The notes under the pieces: model-generated
What the model was told of the DNA's origin: nothing
Database searches by the model: none
What the model saw: only the letters and a program-made list of their open reading frames with translations
Source: Planctomycetota bacterium
GTDB taxonomy: Bacteria; Planctomycetota; B15-G4; JADJEK01
Assembly (NCBI GenBank): GCA_044225365.1
Contig: JBGAIQ010000001.1
Coordinates: 256,001-320,000, forward strand
Length of the DNA stretch: 64,000 nucleotides
Direction of reading: 5' to 3'
Part shown: positions 23,448 to 32,877 of the stretch, piece after piece
Position numbering within the stretch: position 1 is the stretch's first letter
Layout of the letters: each line of letters starts with the position of its first letter
Program-made: the position numbers and the translations under genes

Positions 23448-26209
23448 TTCGGCGCGGCGACGAGCGGCAGGACGTGAGCACCGCTGTCGAACAGCGGGTA
23501 AGCAGTGAAGAACGTCGTCGTATCGCGCAGCTCGTCGAGGATCATCTGGAGTTGGTCGGCTGCGAGTCCGAAGTGCACCTCGGCGTTCTGCACCGCGAAA
23601 GGACCGAGCGCGCTCGCGAGCAGGTCGAGGGCGCGGCTCTCGCGCTGGACGCGCGTGCGCAGGTCCTTGCCGTTCGGCGAGCCGGCGGCCGAAGTGAGCC
23701 ACGGTTCGAGCTGCGCGATGTCGAGCTTGGGGATCGCGATGTCCTTCAGCGCACCCTGCTGTTCCGGGGTCCAACCCTTGCTCGCGTCGTACTTGCCCAT
23801 CTGCTCCGCGACGGCGCTCACGACCGTCGCGAGCTGTGCCGCGGAGAATGCGAGCGTCGCACGAACCGCCGCGACCGCGTGGTCCGCGTCCGGAGCGATG
23901 CGACCGTCCACGAGCTGTGCGAACTTCGTCGGGCTGTTGAACGCGCTGAAGGGGTACGGTTTCTTCTGCTTCGCGACCCCGCTCGCGGTCTCGAGCACGA
24001 CCGATTGCCCATCGGGACCGAGTCCGAGGATCTCGGCGTTCGCGTCGCGCTCGGGATGGCGCACCTTCGAGTTGGAGAGTGGAGGCTTGCCGATCGTGGC
24101 GCGAACGTCGTTGGCGACGGACTCGAACGCCTCGAGGTCTTCACGGAGGGTGGACACGACGGACTTGTACTCGGGAGTCTTGAGACTCGCCTCGAGTGTC
24201 TTCATGGGTTCGAGATCGAGCGGCTTCCACGTGCGAACGGCGTCGAACGAACTGGCGCAATTCACGCCTTCGATCACCGATTTGAGGTCGGAGGCGTACG
24301 TCGCCGTGATGAAGGAGGTCGACGCTTCGGCAATCTTCGGCTCGGCCAGTTCCACGGCTTTCAGGGCGTTGGAGAGCGCTTCCTTGGATTTGGCTTCCGA
24401 CTCGGGCAGGGTATCCGCGCCCGCGAACACGCTCTTCGCGTTCGTGACGAGATCCGAGGCGGCTGCGAAGTCGTGGCGCTCGAGCGAGGCCGCGAAGTCG
24501 CGGTCGAAGGTCGAACTCGCATCCGCGACGGCGAGATCGATCTTGGCTCGGGCCGCATCGACTGCGGAAACGAACGCCGGATCGGCGAGGATGTCGGCGG
24601 TGCCACAGCTCGGGTCGGATAGTGCGACGTAAGCCGCAGCGAAGTTCTTCGCGCGCAGCGGCCCGTCGACGAGGGCTTCGAGTTTGCTCGTGGCCGCCGT
24701 GACTGCGGCCGCGTGCTGTTCGGCCTCGCCCTGCTTCTTCTTGATCTCGGCCTCGACGTCGTTCGCCTCGGTCTTGGCGCGTCCCGCCGCATCGGTGTCG
24801 GGAAAATCGTTCGCGACCTTGCGCAGCCCCTCGACGAACGCAGCATCGCCGATCGTCGCGCGCTTCTGCGCGAGTTCGCTGACGGCCGAGACGGCCTTCG
24901 CTTCGTTCTCCGCTCGCAGCGCGCGTTGCTCCGCGTCCGCGGCCTTCTGCTTGTCGGCCTCGTTCGTGACGACGACCTGCTGGACGATCTGCTGCGTCTT
25001 CTCGCGCTTGCCGATCCAACCGAAGTGCCATGCCGCGGCGCCGACCGCAGTGAAGACGACGAGCGCGGCGACCGCGACCGCCGTTCCGCGACCCTTCACG
25101 ACGCGGGTCTCCTCGATGGCGGCGATCAGCTCGGCGCAGGTCTGGAAGCGCTGGGCCGGATCCTTCTTGAGGAGGCGATCGACGATGGCAGTGACGTTGT
25201 CGGGCACGTCCGAGCGCAGGGACTTCACCGCCGGGGGCGGGTCCTTCACTTGTTTGCGCAGGATCTCCTGTGGACTGTCGCCGCTGAACGGCGTCTTGCC
25301 CGTGAGCATCCGGAAGAACGTGGCGCCGAGCGAATAGAGATCGGAGCGGGTGTCGAGCTTCTCGCCCTTCGCTTGCTCGGGAGCGATGAAGTGCGGGGTG
25401 CCGAGGATGCCCGTTTCGCCGTGACCCTCGTGACTCCCCATCGCAAGGCCGAGATCGGCGATCTTCACGATGTTGGTGTCGGTAAGCATCAGATTGTCGG
25501 GCTTGATGTCGCGGTGGATGAGCTTCTTCATCTCCGCGTACTGCAGGCCCTTCGCGGCTTCCAGCAACCAATCGATCGACTGGTCGATCGACTGCGGCCC
25601 GCCCTTGTTGATGCGATCCTCGACCGTCCCGCCCGACATGTACTCCATCGCGTAGAACACGAGACCCGCGTCCTCTTCGACGTCGTACACCTGCACGATG
25701 TTCGGGTGGTTCAACTGCCCCGCGGCGCGCGCCTCCTTGAAGAACTGCTCGACGAACTTCTGATCGCGGGCGAGTTCGGGCGCGAGGATCTTCAGCGCGA
25801 CTTCGCGGTTGAGCGACTTCTGGAGTGCGCGATACACGGTGCCCATTCCGCCGCGACCGAGGCGCTGCAGGAGTTGGAACCCGCCGAGCGTCTTGCCGGC
25901 CGCGCCACCCGCTTCGGTGTCGGCGAAGAACGAGACGACGTCGCTGCCGATCGCGATGCGATCCCCGGACGCGAGCTCGTGGACGCCGTCGATCTTGGTG
26001 TCGTTGACGAACGTGCCGTTGCTCGATTCGCTGTCCTTGAGGTAGTAGCGACCGTCCTTGCCGCGGAGTTTCGCGTGCACGCGCGAAGCGAGATCGTTGT
26101 CGACCCGCACTTCGGCGCGTTCATCGCGGCCGAGGGTGTAGACCTTGTCCGGCTCGACGCGGATCGTGGAGCCTTTGTTCGGACCGGATTCGAAGATCAG
26201 GACGGGCAA
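23444..26209 (-). CDS. FHA domain + Hanks-type Ser/Thr kinase + TM + large extracytoplasmic helical domain
   Basis: FHA (LGR, SRVHA, S.NGTFVN); kinase LGRGGMG, VALK, HRDIKPDN, DLG, APEQ; TM 'AVAVAALVVFTAVGAAAW'; TTG start inferred. Confidence 0.9.
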   Translation of the reverse strand: MPVLIFESGPNKGSTIRVEPDKVYTLGRDERAEVRVDNDLASRVHAKLRGKDGRYYLKDSESSNGTFVNDTKIDGVHELASGDRIAIGSDVVSFFADTEAGGAAGKTLGGFQLLQRLGRGGMGTVYRALQKSLNREVALKILAPELARDQKFVEQFFKEARAAGQLNHPNIVQVYDVEEDAGLVFYAMEYMSGGTVEDRINKGGPQSIDQSIDWLLEAAKGLQYAEMKKLIHRDIKPDNLMLTDTNIVKIADLGLAMGSHEGHGETGILGTPHFIAPEQAKGEKLDTRSDLYSLGATFFRMLTGKTPFSGDSPQEILRKQVKDPPPAVKSLRSDVPDNVTAIVDRLLKKDPAQRFQTCAELIAAIEETRVVKGRGTAVAVAALVVFTAVGAAAWHFGWIGKREKTQQIVQQVVVTNEADKQKAADAEQRALRAENEAKAVSAVSELAQKRATIGDAAFVEGLRKVANDFPDTDAAGRAKTEANDVEAEIKKKQGEAEQHAAAVTAATSKLEALVDGPLRAKNFAAAYVALSDPSCGTADILADPAFVSAVDAARAKIDLAVADASSTFDRDFAASLERHDFAAASDLVTNAKSVFAGADTLPESEAKSKEALSNALKAVELAEPKIAEASTSFITATYASDLKSVIEGVNCASSFDAVRTWKPLDLEPMKTLEASLKTPEYKSVVSTLREDLEAFESVANDVRATIGKPPLSNSKVRHPERDANAEILGLGPDGQSVVLETASGVAKQKKPYPFSAFNSPTKFAQLVDGRIAPDADHAVAAVRATLAFSAAQLATVVSAVAEQMGKYDASKGWTPEQQGALKDIAIPKLDIAQLEPWLTSAAGSPNGKDLRTRVQRESRALDLLASALGPFAVQNAEVHFGLAADQLQMILDELRDTTTFFTAYPLFDSGAHVLPLVAAPK

Positions 26210-26351
26210 ACGGAACCTGCCTTGCAATGAGAGGTCGATCGCGGTGCGGTCTTCGGTTCGGACGAGGTCGGATCTTCGAACCGAGGGACGAAGGGGTCGA
26301 TCATCGGAGTACGCGAGCCGAAGATCAAGGGGGAGACGAGGGGAGAGGGGA

Positions 26352-27128
26352 TCACTCGCCGGGATCGGATCCCGCGTCGATTCCCGAGAACAAGGCGCTG
26401 CCGACGCGCACCAGCGTCGCGCCCTCTTCGATCGCGGCTTCGAAATCGTTCGACATGCCCATCGACAGTTCGGTGCAGCGGGGGCCGAGCGCGGAGCGGT
26501 AGCGGTCGCGAAGCTCGCGCAATGCCGCGAAGTGTGGCCGCGCCGCCTGCGCATCCGAACCGAGCGGGGCCATGGTCATGAGGCCCACGACATCGCAGTG
26601 CTTCACGTCGGCCACGGCCGTGAGCAGGGCCTCGAAGCGCGCGGGATCGGCGCCATGTTTGCTCTTCTCGCCGCTGACGTTGACCTGGAGCAGGACCTGC
26701 GGCCGGCGCCGTAGTTCGGCGGCAACGCGGTCGATCCGCCGCAGCAAGTCGTCGTCGTGGACGGAGTGGATCCAATCGAAGAGCTCGACGGCTCTGCGGA
26801 CCTTGTTCGATTGGAGATGCCCGATCAGATGCCATTCGAGGAGAGGATCCGTCGGCAGACTCGGCGGCGAGGATTCGTCGGGGGGCACGGCATGGGTCGA
26901 AGAACCGAGCGCGGAGATCTTCGGCGCTGCATCCTGGACCCGATTCTCACCGAGGACACGAACTTCGAAACGAATGAGTCGGCGGATGATACCGAGAGAG
27001 CAAGTCTTGGTAACTGCAACCAGCCGGGCGCCTTCGGCCGGTCGCCCGCTGCGTGAGAGCGCGGCGTGGATGCGGTCCTGCACGGTCGCGAGATTCTCGC
27101 GCAAAGCCTGGTCGATGGAGTGAGTCAT
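26352..27128 (-). CDS. yggS: PLP homeostasis protein YggS/PlpP
   Basis: LVAVTKT, GENRVQ, WHLIGHLQSNK, GLMTM, LSMGMSNDF..AIEEGAT.VRVG. Confidence 0.95.
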   Translation of the reverse strand: MTHSIDQALRENLATVQDRIHAALSRSGRPAEGARLVAVTKTCSLGIIRRLIRFEVRVLGENRVQDAAPKISALGSSTHAVPPDESSPPSLPTDPLLEWHLIGHLQSNKVRRAVELFDWIHSVHDDDLLRRIDRVAAELRRRPQVLLQVNVSGEKSKHGADPARFEALLTAVADVKHCDVVGLMTMAPLGSDAQAARPHFAALRELRDRYRSALGPRCTELSMGMSNDFEAAIEEGATLVRVGSALFSGIDAGSDPGE

Positions 27129-27244
27129 CGGTCCTTCCTCCGCGTCGCGTGAAGGCGATGCAGGTGGACCCTCCAGTACCAGACTCGACGCAGGGCGTCA
27201 ACGCGACCGCTTCACGAGCGCCTAAGCCTCGGCAGAGTTTGTCC

Positions 27245-27272
27245 TTGACCGGGTTTTCGCCCGAACTAAGAT
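27245..27272 (+). promoter_or_regulatory. Putative sigma70 promoter
   Basis: TTGACC-N16-TAAGAT, 28 nt upstream of ATG 27301. Confidence 0.5.
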
Positions 27273-27300
27273 CCCGCGGTCCTTTTCTTGGGAGCGTCTG

Positions 27301-28452
27301 ATGACGAGGTATTTGCGTCGCTCACTCGTCGCGTTCGCGGCAGCGTCCGCGGCTGTCGCGTTGTCCGCCTGTTTCTCGATGTCCGATCTTGGTCCTTATG
27401 ACCAAGGCTCGGAGATCCCGCGCACTCCAGGCGCGATCGCTCGAGCTCTCAAGCTCGACGGCGTCGCCTGGGCGCCGATCCCCATCGCGAAGTACTCGGG
27501 TGCACCGATCGCACAGCTCATCGTCGCCGATGACGCCGCGTACTGCATCTCCGAGAACGACACGGTGTCGGTCGTGGGCATCGGGGACGGTGCGCCGCGC
27601 TGGTCGCTGAAGCTCGACCGCTCGCCGGCGTCGAAGGATGGTTTCGTGTGGGGCCTCAACAGTGTGGGCTTCCTCTCACAGAACCACCTGACGGTCGTCA
27701 GCAAGCGCGCAGGCGCGCGCCTTGCGAACTGCGACCTCGGCTTCGCGCCGTCGTCCGCAGGCTTGCTCACCGACGACTCCTTCTTCTCGGGCGCGTGGGG
27801 CAGCGGTTATGCGTTCCGCAGCGCGGCCCTGAGCGACGGTTGGCCGGGATGGGCCAACGTCGTCGACGACGCGATCACGGCGAAGCCGTTGATGCTGGGC
27901 ACGACAGGCGCGGACCGCGCGATCGTGTTCGCCTCGCACGACGGTCGTGTCGTGTCGGTCGAGCCGCGTCCCTCGAGCGGTGCTCCCCCCGAACCGAATT
28001 GGGTCGTGAAGACCACGGGCGGCAACGTCAACGACCTCGCCACCGACGGGCAGAGCGTCTACGTCGCCTGTAACGATGGCGTCCTCTATGGCATCTCGCG
28101 CGGCGCCGGTGTCGCACGATGGAAGTGGTACAACGACGGTGGCGCTCCGTTGGCGCATGGTCCCGAAGCCGCGAACGGTCTGGTCTATCAGCCGACGGCG
28201 GGCTCGGTGGTCGCGATCGACGCGGCGTCCGGTCACGAGAAGTACCGCGTGCAGGGCGCGAGCCACTATCTCACGCACATCGGTGATCGGGACTTCTACT
28301 CGATGACCGATCGCTCCATCGGCGCGGTGGAGACCGAGACGGGTCGAGTCACCAGCACGGTGACGAGCCCGCTGTTCGTGATGGTTCCGACCTATCGGGC
28401 CGGCGGGGCGCTCGTGTTCAGCGACGGCAAGACGCTCTTCGCGTTGCGCTGA
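27301..28452 (+). CDS. PQQ-like beta-propeller lipoprotein (BamB-like)
   Basis: Lipobox LSAC; repeated 'G..RW / DG.LY.I...G..RW' blades. Confidence 0.7.
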   Translation: MTRYLRRSLVAFAAASAAVALSACFSMSDLGPYDQGSEIPRTPGAIARALKLDGVAWAPIPIAKYSGAPIAQLIVADDAAYCISENDTVSVVGIGDGAPRWSLKLDRSPASKDGFVWGLNSVGFLSQNHLTVVSKRAGARLANCDLGFAPSSAGLLTDDSFFSGAWGSGYAFRSAALSDGWPGWANVVDDAITAKPLMLGTTGADRAIVFASHDGRVVSVEPRPSSGAPPEPNWVVKTTGGNVNDLATDGQSVYVACNDGVLYGISRGAGVARWKWYNDGGAPLAHGPEAANGLVYQPTAGSVVAIDAASGHEKYRVQGASHYLTHIGDRDFYSMTDRSIGAVETETGRVTSTVTSPLFVMVPTYRAGGALVFSDGKTLFALR

Positions 28453-28473
28453 ACTCCACGCTCGCACGAGAAT

Positions 28474-28517
28474 CGACGCGGTCCCCAACTTCCATTCGGG
28501 AGTTGGGGACCGCGTCG
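28474..28517. terminator. Long hairpin between convergent genes (likely bidirectional terminator)
   Basis: CGACGCGGTCCCCAACT(TCC)-ATTC-(GGG)AGTTGGGGACCGCGTCG; 17 perfect base pairs. Confidence 0.7.
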
Positions 28518-28546
28518 TTTGCGTAGTGCGCTCGGGCGGCCCTTGT

Positions 28547-29104
28547 TCAGGACTTGCCGGGGACGCCGGTGACGGTCTTCCCGCGGTAGCCCGACATGCC
28601 GCCGACGACGTTCGTCACGTTGCTCCAGCCATGCGAGCTGAGGAAGTCGCACGCCGCCGCGGAGCGGCTGCCCGCAGCGCAGACGACGAGAACGGTGCCA
28701 TTGCGCGGAATCTCGCGAGCGCGCTTCTCGATCTGATCGACGGGGATCCACAGCGCATGCTCGATGTGGCCACCGGCGACCTCTTGTTCGGTCCGCACGT
28801 CGACGACGACGAGATCCTTCGGCCGCTCGTTCTCGACCAGCCGCCGAGCCTTCTCCGAATCGATCTCGGGGAACAAGCGGCCCTCCTCGATCATCCCGGG
28901 ATCGAGCGGCGTGCCTCCGGCGAGCAACTTCAAGAAGCCCTCGCAGCGAGTGGCGCGCGCGAGCGCGTCCTCGGCGTCGATGCGACCGCGGCGGGCGTCG
29001 CTCTCGAGTTCCTCGAGTTTCTTCTTCGCGGCAGCAGCGGCCGAACTCGCGCGGAAGGCGGCGAGCAGAGCGAGGATCGCGATGGCGAGGGCGGCTTGGT
29101 CCAT
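28547..29104 (-). CDS. Membrane-anchored rhodanese domain protein
   Basis: N-terminal hydrophobic helix and coiled coil; VVDVRT..E...GHI..A; CAAGSRS active-site loop; GGM. Confidence 0.85.
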   Translation of the reverse strand: MDQAALAIAILALLAAFRASSAAAAAKKKLEELESDARRGRIDAEDALARATRCEGFLKLLAGGTPLDPGMIEEGRLFPEIDSEKARRLVENERPKDLVVVDVRTEQEVAGGHIEHALWIPVDQIEKRAREIPRNGTVLVVCAAGSRSAAACDFLSSHGWSNVTNVVGGMSGYRGKTVTGVPGKS

Positions 29105-29201
29105 GGACGCATTGACTCCAGGGGAAGGGTTCGATTCCGGCGTGAGGATCGCGCCATCGATAGCGAAGATCGCGCGCTCGTCCAGTCGCTCGATCGCGCC
29201 C

Positions 29202-30200
29202 TCAGGCGTGATTTCCATCTAGCCGAGCGATGGCGCGGACGATGTCGTCGTGCTGCGGACCATTCGTGACCAGGACGCCGCGGTTGTTCTCGAGACGGCG
29301 TCCCGTGCGGAAGTCGAGGTTCTTCCCGTCCTGGTCGGTGACGCGGGCGCTCGCTGCGAGCGCGATCGCGACGCCGGGCACGTGATCCCACACCTGGTCG
29401 CGCCATTCGCGCGTGCTCCGAGGCCGCAGGTAGATCTCGGCGTCCCCGCGAGCCAGCACGGCGTACTTGACCTGACTGTCGATCTTCACCTTTCCACCGC
29501 GGAGGTCCATCGCCGCGATCAGGTCGTCGACGAGCTTGGGATCGCCATGACTGGATTCGACCGACGCGAGCATGCGGAGCGAACCGGCATGGGAGCGTGC
29601 CGAGACGCGGATCCGCCGCGACGATGCGCCCTCGGGGTCGAGCGGATGTTCATAGGCCCCGCCGCCGCGCACCGCCGTCACGACGACGCCTTTGCGATCC
29701 GCGGAATCGAAGGTCTCGAGGTTCGGGCAGACGAGCACCCCGGCGACCGGAGTTCCGACGTCGAGGACGCCGACGGCGATCGCATAGTGGTCACCCCGCA
29801 AGAATCCCTTCGTACCGTCGATCGGGTCGACCGTGATCGCGATCTGGGACTCCTTGTCGCCGCAATGATCGATCCACGCGTAGAGTTGTTCGCGGGTGAC
29901 CTGTTGCGAGAGGGAATCCGACACTAGCTGCCGGACGCGCTCGAGCGTCGATTCGCTCTGCTTCTTTCGAAGGGGTGCGCTCGCTTCCTCCGAGATGATC
30001 GAAACGGTGGGGAAGCGGATCGCGATCTCGCGAAGGATCAGCGCCTGCGAGGCGTAGTCGGCGACGGTCACCGGCTCGTTTCCGGCCTTGGCGAGGGCGC
30101 CGTGCGCACCCGCATCCTCGGCTTGCACTCGACGGGTGACCTCCGCAGCGAGGGTTGTGCCGCGCACGATCGCGTCGACGAGGGATTCGAGCTGGATCAT
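29202..30200 (-). CDS. 3'(2'),5'-bisphosphate nucleotidase, HAL2/SAL1-like (inositol monophosphatase superfamily)
   Basis: PVTVADY.SQ, EE, DPIDGTKGFLRG, DSQ.KY, WDH, LDF..GR.L..N.G. Confidence 0.88.
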   Translation of the reverse strand: MIQLESLVDAIVRGTTLAAEVTRRVQAEDAGAHGALAKAGNEPVTVADYASQALILREIAIRFPTVSIISEEASAPLRKKQSESTLERVRQLVSDSLSQQVTREQLYAWIDHCGDKESQIAITVDPIDGTKGFLRGDHYAIAVGVLDVGTPVAGVLVCPNLETFDSADRKGVVVTAVRGGGAYEHPLDPEGASSRRIRVSARSHAGSLRMLASVESSHGDPKLVDDLIAAMDLRGGKVKIDSQVKYAVLARGDAEIYLRPRSTREWRDQVWDHVPGVAIALAASARVTDQDGKNLDFRTGRRLENNRGVLVTNGPQHDDIVRAIARLDGNHA

Positions 30201-30219
30201 CGTCTTCGATTCCGTTTCA

Positions 30220-32787
30220 TCATTTCGGGAAGAGCTTCTTCCACGCACCGGGCTGATCCTTCAGCTTCCAGTCGAACCATGCGAGGATCGATTTCATCCA
30301 GAGCTTGCGGATCGGATAGGTCAAGACGTGATGGTCCTGGCCGGACCATTTGAGGAATTCGACGTCCTTCCCGAGGAGCTTCAACGCAGTGTACATCTGC
30401 TCGCTCTCGCCGATCGGGACATTGGTGTCGGAGTCGCCGTGGGAGAGCAACAGCGACGCGGTGATCTTGTCGGCGTGGAAGAGGGGGCTCTTGTCGATGT
30501 AGATCTCCCTGGCGTTCCACGGGAACTTCTCGGCCGTCGCGACCGCGCTGTACTGGTATCCCCAGAAACCTTCACCCCAATAGCTCGAGAGCGCGCTGAT
30601 GCCGGCGTGGCTGACCGCCGCCTTGAACTTGTTCGTCTTCGTGAGGAGCGACTCGGTCATGAAGCCGCCGTACGACGCGCCGATGCACCCGACGCGCGCC
30701 GGATCGACGGCGGGATGATCGGCGAGGAAGCGATCGAGGCACGCGAGGATCTCGGTACAGGTGCGGTCGCCCCAGTCGTTGACATGGCGCGCGGCGAACT
30801 CCGTTCCGCGACCCGTCGCTCCCGATGGAGTCAGTGTGTACGTGACGTAGCCGTTCGCTGCCCAGAGATCGCGGGGATAGCGGCCTCCGAAGTCGCGGGG
30901 GACCGGCATCGTTCCGCCGTAGTAGAACACGATCGCGGGATAGCGCTTCGTCTTGTCGTAGCCGAGCGGTAGATGGACGTAGCCCTCGATCGTCTCGCCC
31001 GAGGCGAGCTTCAGGTCGTAACGCTCGGTCTCTCCGAACGCGATTCGCGAGAAGCGCTGGTCCTCGGGGGCCCACACCGGCCCACCGGCGTCGGCCTGAA
31101 TCGGGTCGAGGGTGACGAGTCGCTGCGGATTCGAGAGACCCGTGCCCGCCACCGCGATGCGGCGTCCATCCTCGGACGCGGCGAGCGTGGTGGCGACATC
31201 GAAGGGTAGCTTCAGGCGCGAGAGCGTGCGCGTCGCGAGATCGAGCCGCGCGGCGCCCACGGTGAGGCCGTCCTCGAGCAGGAGGAACATGCCACCGCTC
31301 TTCACGGCGGGGATCAGGTTCTTCACGTTCGCGCTGAGATCGCGAACGATCGGTTCGACGCTCTTCGATCCGCGATCGAGCGAGTAGAGGAGCGTGTCGA
31401 AATCGTTCGGGATCGTCGTGCCGCGTGCTGCAGCGCCGACCGCGAGATTGCTCGGCCCGCCGAGCACGAAGATCTCGTCGTTGCGACCGCTATAGGCCGC
31501 GCCCGCGAGGGATCCGCTCGAGTAGATCTTGGTCGCTTCGAGTGTCGTGAGATCGAGTTCGAAGAGATCGGTCGACTGATACGGTCGCTCCAGCACGTCG
31601 TAGCGGGTGCGCTGGAACAGGACCGCTTTGCCATCGGCCCGCACGTCGACGAGGGCGACCGAGAGGTCGCCGCCGACGATCTTGCTGCGAAGCCCCACGC
31701 CGTCGCAGTTCGCGAACCAGAGGTGTCCCACGTTGCGTTGACCGGGCCAACGGTCGACGAGACCGCGCATCCGTTTCACGCCGCGGTCGTCCGCCTTCTC
31801 CTCGGTCGTGACCACGTAGAGGATTCCACGGCCACCGGGGAGCCAGCGCACGGAGCCGAGCTTCTCGACATCCCGGAGGATCGGCCGCGCTGCGCCGCCG
31901 TTGGCGTCGCGGCGCCACAGGGTTCCCTTGTCGCCGTCGCGCACGACGTAGCTGAATCCGCTACCGTCGGGGAGCCACTGGAACTCCGAGAAGTCGCCGA
32001 GCGACTCGCTGGTGAACACGAGGTGCAGATCGCGGGCGTCGCGGATCTCGATCCAGTGCTTCGAGAAATCGGCGGGGACCTCGGGTCGCCGCATGGACAC
32101 CGCGACGAGATCTCCGCGCGGGTTCACGTCGAGACTCGCGATCGTTGCGGCATCGAGGAAATCCTCGACGACGATGGGCCGGCGCGGCAGCCAGTTCGTC
32201 TCGATCGCGGCCGCGGCGAAATCGGGCTTCGCCTCGAGACTCGCTTCGAGATTCCAGTCGTCGATCCCCGTCGGGTCGAAGACGGAACGCACGACGAGGC
32301 GATGCGGCCCGGTCTCGAGGGAGAGGTCTGCCGTGATCTCCGCGGGCTTGGTCGCTTCTTTGGGCTCGGCCTTGTTCTTCTCCGCCACTTGCGCGCCATC
32401 GAGATAGATCCGGCAGCGATGCATCGAGTGGAGGACGAGCTTGCATTCGGTGTAGCGATCGACGCGGATCTGCGCGAAGGCGAGGGCGAACCGCGGCGTC
32501 GGGCCCGAGCCGAGGTGGATGCTCTCCTGCGCCGCCCACGCGACGCTCGCGGGTTCGCCAAGATGGGGCCCGAGACCGAGGAAGGTCTCGCCGGGCTCGG
32601 GGTCGAGGCGCTTCGCGTCGAAGCCGTCCTGTGCGAGGAGGTCGTCGCAGAGGGATTTCACCTCGGTTGCGAGGGCGGGGCCCGTTGCATCGATGGGACC
32701 CGCGACGAGCCAGGACTTCAATGCGACGGCGTCGCGAGCCGCAGGGGACTGGAAGGCGATCAACGATGCGAGGAGGAGGGCGATCAC
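30220..32787 (-). CDS. Secreted S9 family (prolyl oligopeptidase/acylaminoacyl) peptidase
   Basis: Signal peptide, beta-propeller, GASYGG nucleophile, HG..D.NVP, catalytic His in QDHHV. Confidence 0.9.
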   Translation of the reverse strand: MIALLLASLIAFQSPAARDAVALKSWLVAGPIDATGPALATEVKSLCDDLLAQDGFDAKRLDPEPGETFLGLGPHLGEPASVAWAAQESIHLGSGPTPRFALAFAQIRVDRYTECKLVLHSMHRCRIYLDGAQVAEKNKAEPKEATKPAEITADLSLETGPHRLVVRSVFDPTGIDDWNLEASLEAKPDFAAAAIETNWLPRRPIVVEDFLDAATIASLDVNPRGDLVAVSMRRPEVPADFSKHWIEIRDARDLHLVFTSESLGDFSEFQWLPDGSGFSYVVRDGDKGTLWRRDANGGAARPILRDVEKLGSVRWLPGGRGILYVVTTEEKADDRGVKRMRGLVDRWPGQRNVGHLWFANCDGVGLRSKIVGGDLSVALVDVRADGKAVLFQRTRYDVLERPYQSTDLFELDLTTLEATKIYSSGSLAGAAYSGRNDEIFVLGGPSNLAVGAAARGTTIPNDFDTLLYSLDRGSKSVEPIVRDLSANVKNLIPAVKSGGMFLLLEDGLTVGAARLDLATRTLSRLKLPFDVATTLAASEDGRRIAVAGTGLSNPQRLVTLDPIQADAGGPVWAPEDQRFSRIAFGETERYDLKLASGETIEGYVHLPLGYDKTKRYPAIVFYYGGTMPVPRDFGGRYPRDLWAANGYVTYTLTPSGATGRGTEFAARHVNDWGDRTCTEILACLDRFLADHPAVDPARVGCIGASYGGFMTESLLTKTNKFKAAVSHAGISALSSYWGEGFWGYQYSAVATAEKFPWNAREIYIDKSPLFHADKITASLLLSHGDSDTNVPIGESEQMYTALKLLGKDVEFLKWSGQDHHVLTYPIRKLWMKSILAWFDWKLKDQPGAWKKLFPK

Positions 32788-32877
32788 GAGTGGCTGGCTC
32801 CGTTCCGAGCGAGGTGGGCCGGGCGGCAGGGGCGTGAGTCGAGGAGAATACGGAGATCGATCGCGATTCGCGCGCGA

